NCBI GenBank assembly: GCA_963681965.1 | Contig: OY820579.1 | Location: 256,001-320,000 of the forward strand | Source: a bacterium | GTDB taxonomy: Bacteria; Electryoneota; JAOADG01 | Direction of reading: 5' to 3' | Length of the DNA: 64,000 nucleotides | Part shown: positions 12,122 to 22,092 of the stretch, piece after piece | Position numbering within the stretch: the first letter of the stretch is position 1 | Layout of the letters: every line of letters begins with the position of its first letter | Position numbers and translations under genes: made by a program | Notes under the pieces: generated by a model | Seen by the model: the letters and a program-made list of their open reading frames with translations, nothing else | What the model was told of the DNA's origin: nothing | The model's database searches: none

Positions 12122-12613
12122 ATGTTCCACCCTTCAATGAAGCTGGTTTTTGTAATTCTGAGTGTCTTCTCTGTTGCACTGTATGGATTCGCGCAAACGT
12201 CGACAATTATTCCCAATCGCACGCTGCCATCGGCTTTTTCCAGTAGTGGTAGTGGATTTGGAACGATTGCTGGAAGCGGTTCGATCGGTATGGGAAGTTG
12301 TTCGGGATTTTCATCGAACAGCTCTTGGAGTAGCCCGATTTCAACACCCTCGCTATCTTCGATGAACCAGCTCTCCGGTTCATCCACTTTAGCGGCGAGT
12401 AGCAAACTCACTTCGCCGCTATCGGCGTTTGCTTCACCGATCTCCACTTCGTTACAGATTGCCGAATCATCCAGCCCATTTTCCGGTGGCTTACAACCCA
12501 CTGGAACCGGCGATAACAAAGCAATCGATTTTCAGCGTAAGGCAACCAATATTCGTCCCAGCGGACTTGGGATTTCATTGCCAACTCCCCAATTCAGCAA
12601 CTCATCCCGATAA
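12122..12613 (+). CDS. Ser/Gly-rich low-complexity exported protein
   Basis: Signal peptide (..LYGFA/Q); SD AAGGGG; very Ser-rich body. Confidence 0.55.
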   Translation: MFHPSMKLVFVILSVFSVALYGFAQTSTIIPNRTLPSAFSSSGSGFGTIAGSGSIGMGSCSGFSSNSSWSSPISTPSLSSMNQLSGSSTLAASSKLTSPLSAFASPISTSLQIAESSSPFSGGLQPTGTGDNKAIDFQRKATNIRPSGLGISLPTPQFSNSSR

Positions 12614-12680
12614 ATTCAGTTCGAGTTGAAGTTTTTCTAGGGCGATGTTATCGCCCTATTTTTTTGTATAATTGTGTTTC

Positions 12681-12776
12681 TTGAAAATAAGTTGTCATGT
12701 TTCGGTGTCAGGCTTCGCCTGACCTGCGGGTGGACACGGAGGTCCGCCCCTACTACCGATAACAACTTATTTTCAA
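12681..12776. repeat. small MITE/REP-like element
   Basis: Perfect 15-bp TIR TTGAAAATAAGTTGT...ACAACTTATTTTCAA enclosing hairpin GTCAGGC-TTC-GCCTGAC and a GTAG-REP (12728-12753, minus). Confidence 0.7.
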
Positions 12777-12832
12777 AAGATACTATATTACGCGAAGTAG
12801 AATTATTGAAACCCGTTAAATGAATCATTCAA

Positions 12833-14566
12833 ATGCTGAATACATTCGTCAATCGAAATCACCACTTCCTACTTATTGCGATTCTACTCGCACTGATTTA
12901 CTTCATCGTCATTATGCAATTCTATGCACCGGCATTCTCAACGCCGGATGCCCAAAGCTATTACGGGCAAGCCGGTTTGCTTGCCAGTCATAGTACGACA
13001 ACCCTTCGACTTGAAAACCCACTTCAATATGCCGGTCAGCATTGGTATGAATCCGAACCGAATACTTTTTATTGCGTGCATCCACCAGGACTGCCGGCGA
13101 TAATTGCGTTATTCGATTTTCTATTCGGATTTCGCGCAGGCTTTCTGGTGAATCCCTTGATGGCAGCTCTTTCACTATTAGGGTTGTATCTGTTCGCAGA
13201 AAAAATTACGCATCATCCAGGCTGGTCGCTGTTTTCGATGATACTCATGGCATTGAGTCCGATCGCCAACGAACATGCGTTGTTTGGATTCTCGCATGCA
13301 GCACTGGCAGCGTTTCTCTGTTGGGGATTGTACTTTTTGATCTGTTGGATCGAAAAACCGAGTTGGTATTTCGCACTGCTCTTTGGCTTATGTCTCGGAA
13401 TGATTCCGACCATCCGATATGCCGAGGGCTTGCTTCTCTTTGGCGCCGGGATCGTTGTCGGTTTTCTAATTATTCGCAAACATTCGAAGCATCGAAACTC
13501 GGTGCTATTCGCAATTATGGGATTGGCAATTCCGCTCGTGCCGTTACTGCTTCGTAATCAGTTCGCATATGGTGCATTCTGGCGCACCGGATACTCCGAA
13601 CATATCAATCAAGCAACTTTCACACTCAATTATGCACTCCAACACGCGCCACTTTACCTCTTAAAGTTACTGACCGAAGGCAATGGCGCAGCATTTTTGT
13701 TGGGAGTCGTTGGCATTGTGTATTTGTTTCGCAATCCCGAACAGCGGCTCTTGGGATGGTTATTTTTGCTTTCGATTATTCCAACGACATTGCTTTATAT
13801 GTCGTTTTGGTGGCCGGTTGATGCACAATCACTACGGTTCATTATGCCAACTCTGTATCTCTATGCCGCAGCCGCAGCAATCAGTCTGCATCGTCTGGAA
13901 AAGATCAAACGAACTTTCGCAATGATCATCGCAGGGATCGCGCTGATTGGATCGATCACAATCGGGCTACCTGCTTCACATGTGGCGTTGAGCAATCTAT
14001 ATCAACAAAATTCGATTGTCGATAAAACGGTTCGAGCGATTGAAGCGAAGATCCCTCACGGAAATATCATCATTACGAACGAAGCATTATGTCAGAATCT
14101 CGATTACTACGGCATCTGGCGACTAACTCCGACGGCTTATTTTCTCCTCCCCACGCCACCAGCGATACCGCCGATGAGAAGTACGACAGGACAAGAAATC
14201 CGAACACCCTCGCGCAACGAGCGACTTGCGGCAAAATATCGTGCAATCGCACCTGATAAACGGTTCGAAGCAATCACCCTTGACGCATTTCAATGGACTG
14301 ATCAAGTCGGAAATTCGCTCTACTTTGCCGGTCTTCCCGAACAGATCGAACTATTTCGCTGGTTATTACCGCTGAACGATACACTGATCGTCGTCGATAC
14401 AATTCCGCTCCCAGCGACGACGATGAAAATGAATCACAACAAAAATATTCGTCCGGCAACGATACCATTTTCACCTCCATTCGAATCACACTCACTTCAA
14501 ATCTTCGATTGGCAGCTTGATGGTAGACCGATTATTTTGGCAAAGTGTGAACGAATTCACCACTAG
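12833..14566 (+). CDS. GT-C fold membrane glycosyltransferase (ArnT/PMT-like)
   Basis: Many TM helices; PD..SY, HPPGLP, TIRY, LRFIMP motifs; soluble C-terminal domain. Confidence 0.8.
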   Translation: MLNTFVNRNHHFLLIAILLALIYFIVIMQFYAPAFSTPDAQSYYGQAGLLASHSTTTLRLENPLQYAGQHWYESEPNTFYCVHPPGLPAIIALFDFLFGFRAGFLVNPLMAALSLLGLYLFAEKITHHPGWSLFSMILMALSPIANEHALFGFSHAALAAFLCWGLYFLICWIEKPSWYFALLFGLCLGMIPTIRYAEGLLLFGAGIVVGFLIIRKHSKHRNSVLFAIMGLAIPLVPLLLRNQFAYGAFWRTGYSEHINQATFTLNYALQHAPLYLLKLLTEGNGAAFLLGVVGIVYLFRNPEQRLLGWLFLLSIIPTTLLYMSFWWPVDAQSLRFIMPTLYLYAAAAAISLHRLEKIKRTFAMIIAGIALIGSITIGLPASHVALSNLYQQNSIVDKTVRAIEAKIPHGNIIITNEALCQNLDYYGIWRLTPTAYFLLPTPPAIPPMRSTTGQEIRTPSRNERLAAKYRAIAPDKRFEAITLDAFQWTDQVGNSLYFAGLPEQIELFRWLLPLNDTLIVVDTIPLPATTMKMNHNKNIRPATIPFSPPFESHSLQIFDWQLDGRPIILAKCERIHH

Positions 14567-14695
14567 AAAAACAAAATAATTATCTTCCCGTTCAGTATTA
14601 CCAATAAGATTGGATATTTTTGTAATCATAGTTGTAAATGAGCAAATTATTCGTACCTTGCTCAGGCAAGTTACTAGAGCAAGGATTATAATAAT

Positions 14696-15205
14696 ATGAC
14701 GTGGATGATTCGAAGTCGCGTGTTTTTTTCGCTGATCGCGATGATGGTATTTATTCAAGCGAAACCGGTAAAAGCAATCTCGTTATTCGACACTTGGGAT
14801 ATTCAGATCGCCCCACCTACTATGATGGTGGGTACGTGGGAAGGTGTCGGCGATAACTTGATGAACGTCGAATACTGCAAGCAGCGCAAGATCTCTTTTT
14901 ATATTGTCATTGGCTCGACCGGACGGGTATCCGGCACCATTGGCGATGCGACGATTATCGAAGGTACTTTTCAGCGGGTTGCCTGGTTCAAACGCTGGTT
15001 TGGCAGTCCGGAATATCGAATACTATTTACGCTGAGCGGTCCGATTGTCGCAAAAGAAAAATTTGTTCGCGAAAGTGGGATTCTCATGCTTGACCCCAAA
15101 CCGATCGATAAAATGATCGGTACATTCGAATCGGATAAAGGGTCATTCGGCAGTGAAACCAGAACGATGACAGTCGTCAATATCAACTACACTCACGTGT
15201 ATTGA
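14696..15205 (+). CDS. hypothetical exported protein
   Basis: SD AAGGA; signal-like N-terminus; beta-rich; followed by a terminator. Confidence 0.6.
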   Translation: MTWMIRSRVFFSLIAMMVFIQAKPVKAISLFDTWDIQIAPPTMMVGTWEGVGDNLMNVEYCKQRKISFYIVIGSTGRVSGTIGDATIIEGTFQRVAWFKRWFGSPEYRILFTLSGPIVAKEKFVRESGILMLDPKPIDKMIGTFESDKGSFGSETRTMTVVNINYTHVY

Positions 15206-15219
15206 TTCTAACATTTTGC

Positions 15220-15255
15220 AAACACCCCGTTCTGGTTTCGAGCGGGGTGTTTTTT
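15220..15255. terminator. bidirectional terminator
   Basis: AAACACCCCG...CGGGGTGTTTTTT between convergent genes. Confidence 0.85.
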
Positions 15256-15274
15256 ATTTTATGCGAAGATACTG

Positions 15275-17422
15275 TTACTTGATATAAGTAATTCTCGACG
15301 TAGACCTTACCTTGCCACCGATCGACAATCTCACAAAATAGTTCCCCGATGCTACTGCTTCCGGACTCCACCGTGCCTGATGAACTCCTGCTGTTGCAGG
15401 ACCATTCCAAAGCGTCGAAATCTGTTTTCCACATTCATCTACAACTTCGATCCGGCAATACTCGGATTTCGGAATCGAAAACGAAATCATCGTAGAATTG
15501 TTAAATGGATTGGGATAAGACTTCAGGATCGAGACACTCGTCGGTAGAATCGAACCAGTTTCCTCATCAACTTCCAACGCGGTTGATACGTCGTAGATGC
15601 CCAAATTTGTGGAATCAGCAACATAAACGTAGCGATTCACGGTCAACCCCATTGCAGACCCCGGCGTCCGATAATATCCGATCGTTCGCATCTGGGCAGG
15701 ATTGGTGACATTGATTACCCGTAAACCGCGATTCGATTCCGCAACCAGCAACGCATTGCCAGTGATGGCAAAACTCGTAGCACCACTCAACGAATCGAAC
15801 GATCCGAGCAAACTCGGAGCAGCAGGATTGGTAACATTAAGCACCCTGATCGAAGTGGAACTATTGAGTACATACAGAGTGTTACCATTGGCTTTCAAAT
15901 CGAGAATCGAACTCGCTGCCCCTTGATAAGAACCTAACAACGATGGGGACATTTGGTTTGTGCCATTCAGAATGTGCACTTGACCATTCGCCAATCCCAG
16001 ATAAACGGTCGTTCCAACAACATCGACCGCGGAACCGGAAGAAGTAGTCAGTCGATAGGCTCCGGCATAACTGGGACTATCGGGATCGGACAGATCGAGT
16101 ACACGTAAACCATTGCCAATGGCTGCCCACATCGTCGATCCAGTAACAACCATATCGGTAATGGGGCGATTTTCCACGTAATTCATTACATAAGTTGGTA
16201 CAGCAGGATTTGTTACATTAATAATGTCGATTTGTCCGGTGCCGCGACTGACATAGGCACGATTACTGTAAACCACCGTCTGTAATGCATCCGTCGAGAT
16301 ATTCGTCCTTCCTACCACAAACGGAGAATTGGGATTGGTAATATCGAAAATGACTAAACCACCTTGTCGGTTGGAAACGTAGGCGTAGTTCCCAGAAATT
16401 GACACGTCGCGATCAATTCCTCCAAGATTAAAAGTGGTGTGAGTTTGAGGCGAGGTGGGTGTGGAAATGTCGGTTATACGCAGTCCGTTTGACGAGAGAT
16501 AAACCATATTGGCATTCCCATCCACAGCACCACAATTGGTGGGAGCAGTATAGAGATAACTGATTGTCGGTGCCGTGGGAGATGCGACATTGGCGATCGT
16601 CAGTCCCGCGGAATTGGTCATCAGAGCCAGGTTATTCACGACTTTGATATTCGACCAGCCACCGGTAGCCGGACGCAAGATTCTACCTGCCGGTCTCGGG
16701 GGATGCGCGCTGGTTACATTGAAAATGGACAAACCATTATCGTTGGGTACATACAGATAATTCCCCACCAGATCGAATTTTTGGGCCGGAGTCGACATCA
16801 CACCATCATTTACCGGATGCGCGGGATTCGTCATCGCCAGAATTAGAAAATTTGCGCTATCGGCGACAAAAGCAACGGTATCGCGAATTTTCACATCGCT
16901 TGTCCAGCCCGGAGTATCCAATAGCCATGTTCGCTGAGGATTCGCCGGAGCTGAAACATTGATAACCACTAGTCCCGAATCGCCTGCCGATACATAAGCG
17001 TATCCCGCAGAAGTTACCGTAACATTATTCGCATGTCCGGGAATAGCGATGAAGCTGGTGACGATCGGATTCGACGGCGTCGTGACATTTAAAATCCATA
17101 AACCGACATCGCGCTGTACGACGTACGCATAATTGCCAACAACATCGAGTGCTTTGGCAAATCCGAGATTGGAGTTAAAACCGACCTCGACCGGTTGCGA
17201 TGGATTCGTAACATCGACAATCCGGAGTCCACCATTTCCGAGTGCCATATACACTCGATTATTGGACATCCAGTGGATGTCCTGAATGGTTCCGATCCAA
17301 TTGTGGTAATAGTTGCCGAGGCAACTGACATTTGCGCTATCTTGAGCGACAACAAATGAAGTGAAAGTGATCACAAGAGAGAATACAACTAACAAGGGAA
17401 TTCGATTCCATTTCAAATTCAT
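15275..17422 (-). CDS. secreted LVIVD-repeat protein with T9SS CTD
   Basis: More than ten GNYAYV...GL.I.DVTNP..P repeats; signal peptide; YPNPFN...GNYFVRL...YIK. Confidence 0.9.
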   Translation of the reverse strand: MNLKWNRIPLLVVFSLVITFTSFVVAQDSANVSCLGNYYHNWIGTIQDIHWMSNNRVYMALGNGGLRIVDVTNPSQPVEVGFNSNLGFAKALDVVGNYAYVVQRDVGLWILNVTTPSNPIVTSFIAIPGHANNVTVTSAGYAYVSAGDSGLVVINVSAPANPQRTWLLDTPGWTSDVKIRDTVAFVADSANFLILAMTNPAHPVNDGVMSTPAQKFDLVGNYLYVPNDNGLSIFNVTSAHPPRPAGRILRPATGGWSNIKVVNNLALMTNSAGLTIANVASPTAPTISYLYTAPTNCGAVDGNANMVYLSSNGLRITDISTPTSPQTHTTFNLGGIDRDVSISGNYAYVSNRQGGLVIFDITNPNSPFVVGRTNISTDALQTVVYSNRAYVSRGTGQIDIINVTNPAVPTYVMNYVENRPITDMVVTGSTMWAAIGNGLRVLDLSDPDSPSYAGAYRLTTSSGSAVDVVGTTVYLGLANGQVHILNGTNQMSPSLLGSYQGAASSILDLKANGNTLYVLNSSTSIRVLNVTNPAAPSLLGSFDSLSGATSFAITGNALLVAESNRGLRVINVTNPAQMRTIGYYRTPGSAMGLTVNRYVYVADSTNLGIYDVSTALEVDEETGSILPTSVSILKSYPNPFNNSTMISFSIPKSEYCRIEVVDECGKQISTLWNGPATAGVHQARWSPEAVASGNYFVRLSIGGKVRSTSRITYIK

Positions 17423-17695
17423 AGTTCCTCCAGAAACATCAAACGAGTGAAGTCATCATATCAGGGGTTGATTGAGAACAGTAGACTACAATTCTCGACA
17501 CAGTCTACGAATTGACCGAAGCATCAAACAACGAATGTTTTCACTTACGCGCAATAAGTCCATATAATTATCGAGCAATTCGGAAGTTATAGTGTAACAG
17601 AATTAAACATTCTGCTTTAAAATTTGTGATTTATATCATCGGGTGTGATAAAGAACACAACTCTGAGTCGGAGTTATTCTTCGTAATAATTCAAT

Positions 17696-17725
17696 AAAAA
17701 ACCCCCGCCAATTCCAGCGGGGGTT
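17696..17725 (-). terminator. intrinsic terminator
   Basis: Minus strand AACCCCCGC...GCGGGGGT followed by T run. Confidence 0.8.
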
Positions 17726-17745
17726 CATTCACAATAAGAAGTTGT

Positions 17746-19275
17746 TTACTTTATATACACCACTCGTTTCATCGATACGTGATTGTTAGCTGATAATCGG
17801 ACAAAATATTGTCCGGAAGATGCCGACTTCGGTTGCCATGAAACATTGTGCCAACCTGCTGTCATCTGACCTGAGTAGAGTGTCTCGAACGTTTGACCGA
17901 TCGAATTCACAACATCAATTCTGACGGATGCATCGTAGGGTACTGCCACGCGCACGGACGTTGCCGAGTTGAACGGATTGGGATAAGCGTCAAGCAGCGA
18001 AAATTCGGTGGGAATAGTGCTCGAAGAATTTGACGCGAGCGATCGTTTCAAACTGGCGGTCCGATTGGGGAATGGCATCGTATTCAAAGTATTCATCGCA
18101 TACTGAGCCATAGAATCGCTGATGATTTGTGCATTACTTGCCGATAAGGGAGTCGTCATTGCGCGAAGAATTGTGTTGACACGAGCGCGCTCACCGGACA
18201 GGATCGGATTTAAAATTGCATTCAAGTTTTGCGATAAGATCGTGGTCGAAGTTACAGTGGCAGAATCGAATAACACATTTGCTCGATTGCACAGATCTGA
18301 AGAAGATTGGTTTTCATCGGTTAATATCGACGAAACCGATTCCTGCTGTGGCCAAACCGGAACCACAGTTGTCGATAGTGGTTTTCCAAGCATAAACCAG
18401 CAGACTGGCGGGAGCCAACCGCTTGACGTTCGTTTACCACTCTGAATGAAGATTGCACTTACTGTGGTTTTCCGACAAACGCTACCGGAGAAATCGAGTA
18501 CTTTATCTTTCACCGAATAATCGTAGCGAAGTGAAGTCCATCCCTCAGGCGCGATATCGCGTGCGATCGTGAACATCGAATCGATCCGGATGTTACTTCG
18601 GCTGATCTGGTTGCTGATTAACTGCTGTGCTCGTTTACGTCGAAAAAATCCCCACTGACTATTCTCGGTCGGGGCAGGACCAGAGAGACTATAATTCGCA
18701 CGAGCGGTATAGGAATAAGAAGCATCGATCGGATAGGTCGCATAGGAAGATCGACCCGCTTCAAACACAGAAATCGATCCCGTCGAATCGAAAGCGATAT
18801 AGTTGCATGGCACAACTCGACCACCACCGGCGGTATTCGTGGAATCAAGAATACGACGGAATTGTCGAACTGTCGTACAAGTCTTCAGAGCCAGAGTTTG
18901 AATTCGACCATCGTCGTCGTATCCGGTATTACCCGTACCGATATTGTTGGAGTTGCTGTTGATGATGGCAAAGCCTGCTTCATTCACGCCACCATAAACG
19001 ATATCGCCATCATCGCCATATCCGATGCCGACATATTTCATCCCATTGAGACCGCGACCCTGATGAACAACTTGATTTCGGTCCGAAACATCGCGATTCT
19101 TCCACAAGTGAATTCTTCCATCGGTCGTTTGTTCGGGACGGATAACGGCAATCGTGCACTCCAAGCGAGGTTGCGGTAGTTGTCCGTGCAACAATAATGT
19201 CGCAGCTAATGGAATAATTAGAGCAATTCCAGTAATCATCTTTAGAGGTTTTCGGAAATTGGTCGATTGAGCCAT
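17746..19275 (-). CDS. secreted Ntn-hydrolase (C45/C69-like) with T9SS CTD
   Basis: E/CTIAVI nucleophile Cys after signal region; DGR.HLWKNRD, GGVNEAGFAI.N; YPNPFN CTD; start uncertain (19275 has GAGG). Confidence 0.8.
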   Translation of the reverse strand: MAQSTNFRKPLKMITGIALIIPLAATLLLHGQLPQPRLECTIAVIRPEQTTDGRIHLWKNRDVSDRNQVVHQGRGLNGMKYVGIGYGDDGDIVYGGVNEAGFAIINSNSNNIGTGNTGYDDDGRIQTLALKTCTTVRQFRRILDSTNTAGGGRVVPCNYIAFDSTGSISVFEAGRSSYATYPIDASYSYTARANYSLSGPAPTENSQWGFFRRKRAQQLISNQISRSNIRIDSMFTIARDIAPEGWTSLRYDYSVKDKVLDFSGSVCRKTTVSAIFIQSGKRTSSGWLPPVCWFMLGKPLSTTVVPVWPQQESVSSILTDENQSSSDLCNRANVLFDSATVTSTTILSQNLNAILNPILSGERARVNTILRAMTTPLSASNAQIISDSMAQYAMNTLNTMPFPNRTASLKRSLASNSSSTIPTEFSLLDAYPNPFNSATSVRVAVPYDASVRIDVVNSIGQTFETLYSGQMTAGWHNVSWQPKSASSGQYFVRLSANNHVSMKRVVYIK

Positions 19276-19770
19276 GGGCTGCCTCGCTATATTGTTTTGA
19301 GAAAATTTTCTCAATCTGATGGAATAAAATAACCAAGGTTTATCCTATCGCACGTGTTTCACATCACATTCATTAATGAAATTGCCTATTTAAAGCTATT
19401 GTGCACAGATCACACCATAAAAGCTCATCCTAAATATTCATAAACGAGAGCTATGCTTTCGTTTATGAATAACGTAATCTCGATAAAAAATTCGCTAGTA
19501 TTATCTGGATTGTTGGTAATTGAGCAGCAATGCCTTTGATATCTTGCATATCTACTTTATTTATTGTGCTTTAACTAAAAACAGTAAACTCGAACCAAAC
19601 AAACGATACCACATATTCAGTCAGTACCGGTATTTTTACTTTCAAGACAAGCAGGTTAAATACTTTTCCGATTCGGTTTTACATACTTCCATCTTGTACT
19701 ATTTTCTCGAAGAGGTATTCGAGGTTAGAGATACCGCCTGAAGAATCGTGATGATTAGAGTGAGGTGAAG

Positions 19771-21111
19771 ATGAGATTCGCAATAACGCTGCTCTTTGTT
19801 GTGATACTGGCAAGCAACCCAGCAATCGCATATTATGGTGCACGGTATGAACCACCCGACGGTACAATCATTCACGGTTGCGGATGGGATGGTTACAACA
19901 GCCAAGCTTATTACAACAGCATGTTTCCATCCACGCATCATCCTCTGGTTTTGCAAGCATATTTTTCCATCCCCGGCACTCGAACATCCACCGTTGCCCG
20001 ATGTATACAATCAATGACACTTTCCATCGTTCATCCCGATAGCCAATACATCGAACTTGGTGTTCATTTTACCGATGCAACGAATAGCTATCTCGACTCG
20101 GTCTTCGCATTAACCACATCGCTGGATCGCTACATCGACACACTCGCACGCGCGTTTCAACAAGTGAATCGACCCTTCTTTCTCCGGATCGGGTTCGAGT
20201 TCAACGGAGTTTGGAATCCTTACCACCCATATATCTATCCACTCGCGTTTCGAAAATTGGTAACTCAATTACGCGCACGCGGGATCAATAATTTTGCTTC
20301 GGTGTGGTGCTATGAACCCGATGCGCCAGCCGATTTCGCAGATTCATCTGCTCAAGGGTGGAAATGGTATCCCGGCGACGATGTCGTCGATTGGTTCGGT
20401 CTCGATCCATTCGATATGGATCATTTCAATCCCACTCTCCCGGATTCCTTTCGTGGAGATTTAACGAAAAAAGGACGTACGGAGCGTTTCCTGCAATTTG
20501 CCGAGCAGCGCCGCAAACCGGTTTATCTGAATGAATTATCAGCTCGGAATGTTTTTATCGTTCCAGATTCGCTCGATCAAAATCACACACAAGGTCGATC
20601 CGACTGGGAATATTGGTTCGTTCCTTTCTTTCAGTTTGTGCGGAATCATCCCAATATCAAAGGGTGGAATTATATCAATCTCGATTGGACACATTATTCT
20701 ACTTATCTGACTTGGGGCGACGCTCGATTGGAAATCAATTCATACATCCGCGAGCGGTGGATCGATTCACTCCAAACACCCAGGTTTCTCAATGCCGGGT
20801 ATGATCTTACCCGACAGGTTTCGGTTCGAGAACAGCGCGATGTGGTGCCATCGAGTTTCAATTTCTCGATTTATCCCAACCCATTTAACGCTACAACAAC
20901 AATCAATTACTCCCTCCCTTTTTCTAGTGACGTGAGACTAACATTGTTCGATATCTCCGGACGTGAAGTTTTCCATCAAACATCTCTTACCCAAACCAGT
21001 GGCGAACACCGGTTGACAATCGACGGACAGCAATTCGTTGCTGGCATGTATTTTCTTCGAATACAGGCGGGACATTTTTCCGCGACGAAAAAATTGGTCT
21101 TATTAAAATAA
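19771..21111 (+). CDS. secreted GH26-like glycoside hydrolase with T9SS CTD
   Basis: FLRIGFEFNG.W, WYPGDDVVDWFGLD, KPVYLNE (two catalytic Glu); YPNPFN CTD; SD GAGGTG. Confidence 0.82.
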   Translation: MRFAITLLFVVILASNPAIAYYGARYEPPDGTIIHGCGWDGYNSQAYYNSMFPSTHHPLVLQAYFSIPGTRTSTVARCIQSMTLSIVHPDSQYIELGVHFTDATNSYLDSVFALTTSLDRYIDTLARAFQQVNRPFFLRIGFEFNGVWNPYHPYIYPLAFRKLVTQLRARGINNFASVWCYEPDAPADFADSSAQGWKWYPGDDVVDWFGLDPFDMDHFNPTLPDSFRGDLTKKGRTERFLQFAEQRRKPVYLNELSARNVFIVPDSLDQNHTQGRSDWEYWFVPFFQFVRNHPNIKGWNYINLDWTHYSTYLTWGDARLEINSYIRERWIDSLQTPRFLNAGYDLTRQVSVREQRDVVPSSFNFSIYPNPFNATTTINYSLPFSSDVRLTLFDISGREVFHQTSLTQTSGEHRLTIDGQQFVAGMYFLRIQAGHFSATKKLVLLK

Positions 21112-21144
21112 AAAAAACGCCACTCACCGAAACCAGTGAGTGGC
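21111..21144 (-). terminator. terminator between convergent genes
   Basis: GCCACTCAC...GTGAGTGGC with adjacent A/T run. Confidence 0.7.
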
Positions 21145-21168
21145 AAGAAAATTTTTTAAGATGTCGAA

Positions 21169-21840
21169 TTATACTTTCGATTCTTTCGGTCGAATGTCTT
21201 CATAGAAATGTGCCATCGAGGTGTAAATGTAGGGTGACAGCCAAAGACATCCGATGAACAGTGTCAACACACATAGTATCGCCCATCCGAAGAACCGCCA
21301 ATAGAGGCAGAATAACTTCATCTTGTATCCCATCATCATTTCCTGGCTCTTCTTGAGCGCATTCATCGCACCAATTTCGGGATTGTCCGCTAGAATAAAG
21401 AACGACATGGAATAGGATAGTCCCTTGATAATTCCGGGAACGATCAGAAGCAGTGTCCACAGTATCGTGAAGAGCATCACCAACAGATAGAGTGGAAATG
21501 CGGTGGAAAACTTATCGAAGCCATCGAATATTTTCGAAACCTGGACATTTTCGTTGCGCGCTAGACCGAGGTAGACGAATACCCCTCCTAACGCCAACGG
21601 ACCGCCGATGAGTAGCGAGATAAAAAATCCGATAAACGGAATCTGACCGGTAAGGCTAAGTGCAATAAGAATCGCCGCGGCTCCCACTGCAGTACCCCAT
21701 TTACCGCGGAGCGAGTCCAGCGCTCGCGACTGTAATTCGGCGTTTAAAGTTAATCCACGAGGCAATGGTACCGGTTCGGATTTTGGTTCTTCCGTAGGGG
21801 GAGGTGGATTGATTCCAAAGGCATCGTTCTCTTCAGACAT
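21169..21840 (-). CDS. DUF975-family integral membrane protein
   Basis: L.GKWG, LWTLLLIVPGIIK..SYSM..FIL, S..MM.GYK.KLF.L, GCLWL.PY; start MSEE at 21840. Confidence 0.88.
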   Translation of the reverse strand: MSEENDAFGINPPPPTEEPKSEPVPLPRGLTLNAELQSRALDSLRGKWGTAVGAAAILIALSLTGQIPFIGFFISLLIGGPLALGGVFVYLGLARNENVQVSKIFDGFDKFSTAFPLYLLVMLFTILWTLLLIVPGIIKGLSYSMSFFILADNPEIGAMNALKKSQEMMMGYKMKLFCLYWRFFGWAILCVLTLFIGCLWLSPYIYTSMAHFYEDIRPKESKV

Positions 21841-22046
21841 TGGCAGCTCCAAATTAGTTGTACCGAGGTAAGGTTCGAGAGTAGATCTAGCAAAATACAA
21901 ATAAGAAAAAATGGTTCAAGATGATTAGATTGTCCGCAATATATATTGTAAGTAGCGAATAATGCAATGGGAAGAAGGGGTTTGAAGCATTTATTGAAGG
22001 CGAATTCTGAGAACGGAGTAGTGGAAATCATGGCAATGAAATGAAA

Positions 22047-22069
22047 CAGGCGGGCATTACACCCGCCTG
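22047..22069 (-). terminator. intrinsic terminator
   Basis: CAGGCGGG...CCCGCCTG followed by TTTC on the minus strand. Confidence 0.65.
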
Positions 22070-22092
22070 CATCCGTTCGCTATTCTTTCGAT

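Noticed and set aside
12082-12519. 145-aa acidic antisense ORF
   Set aside because: The plus-strand ORF has an SD and signal peptide; this is its likely shadow
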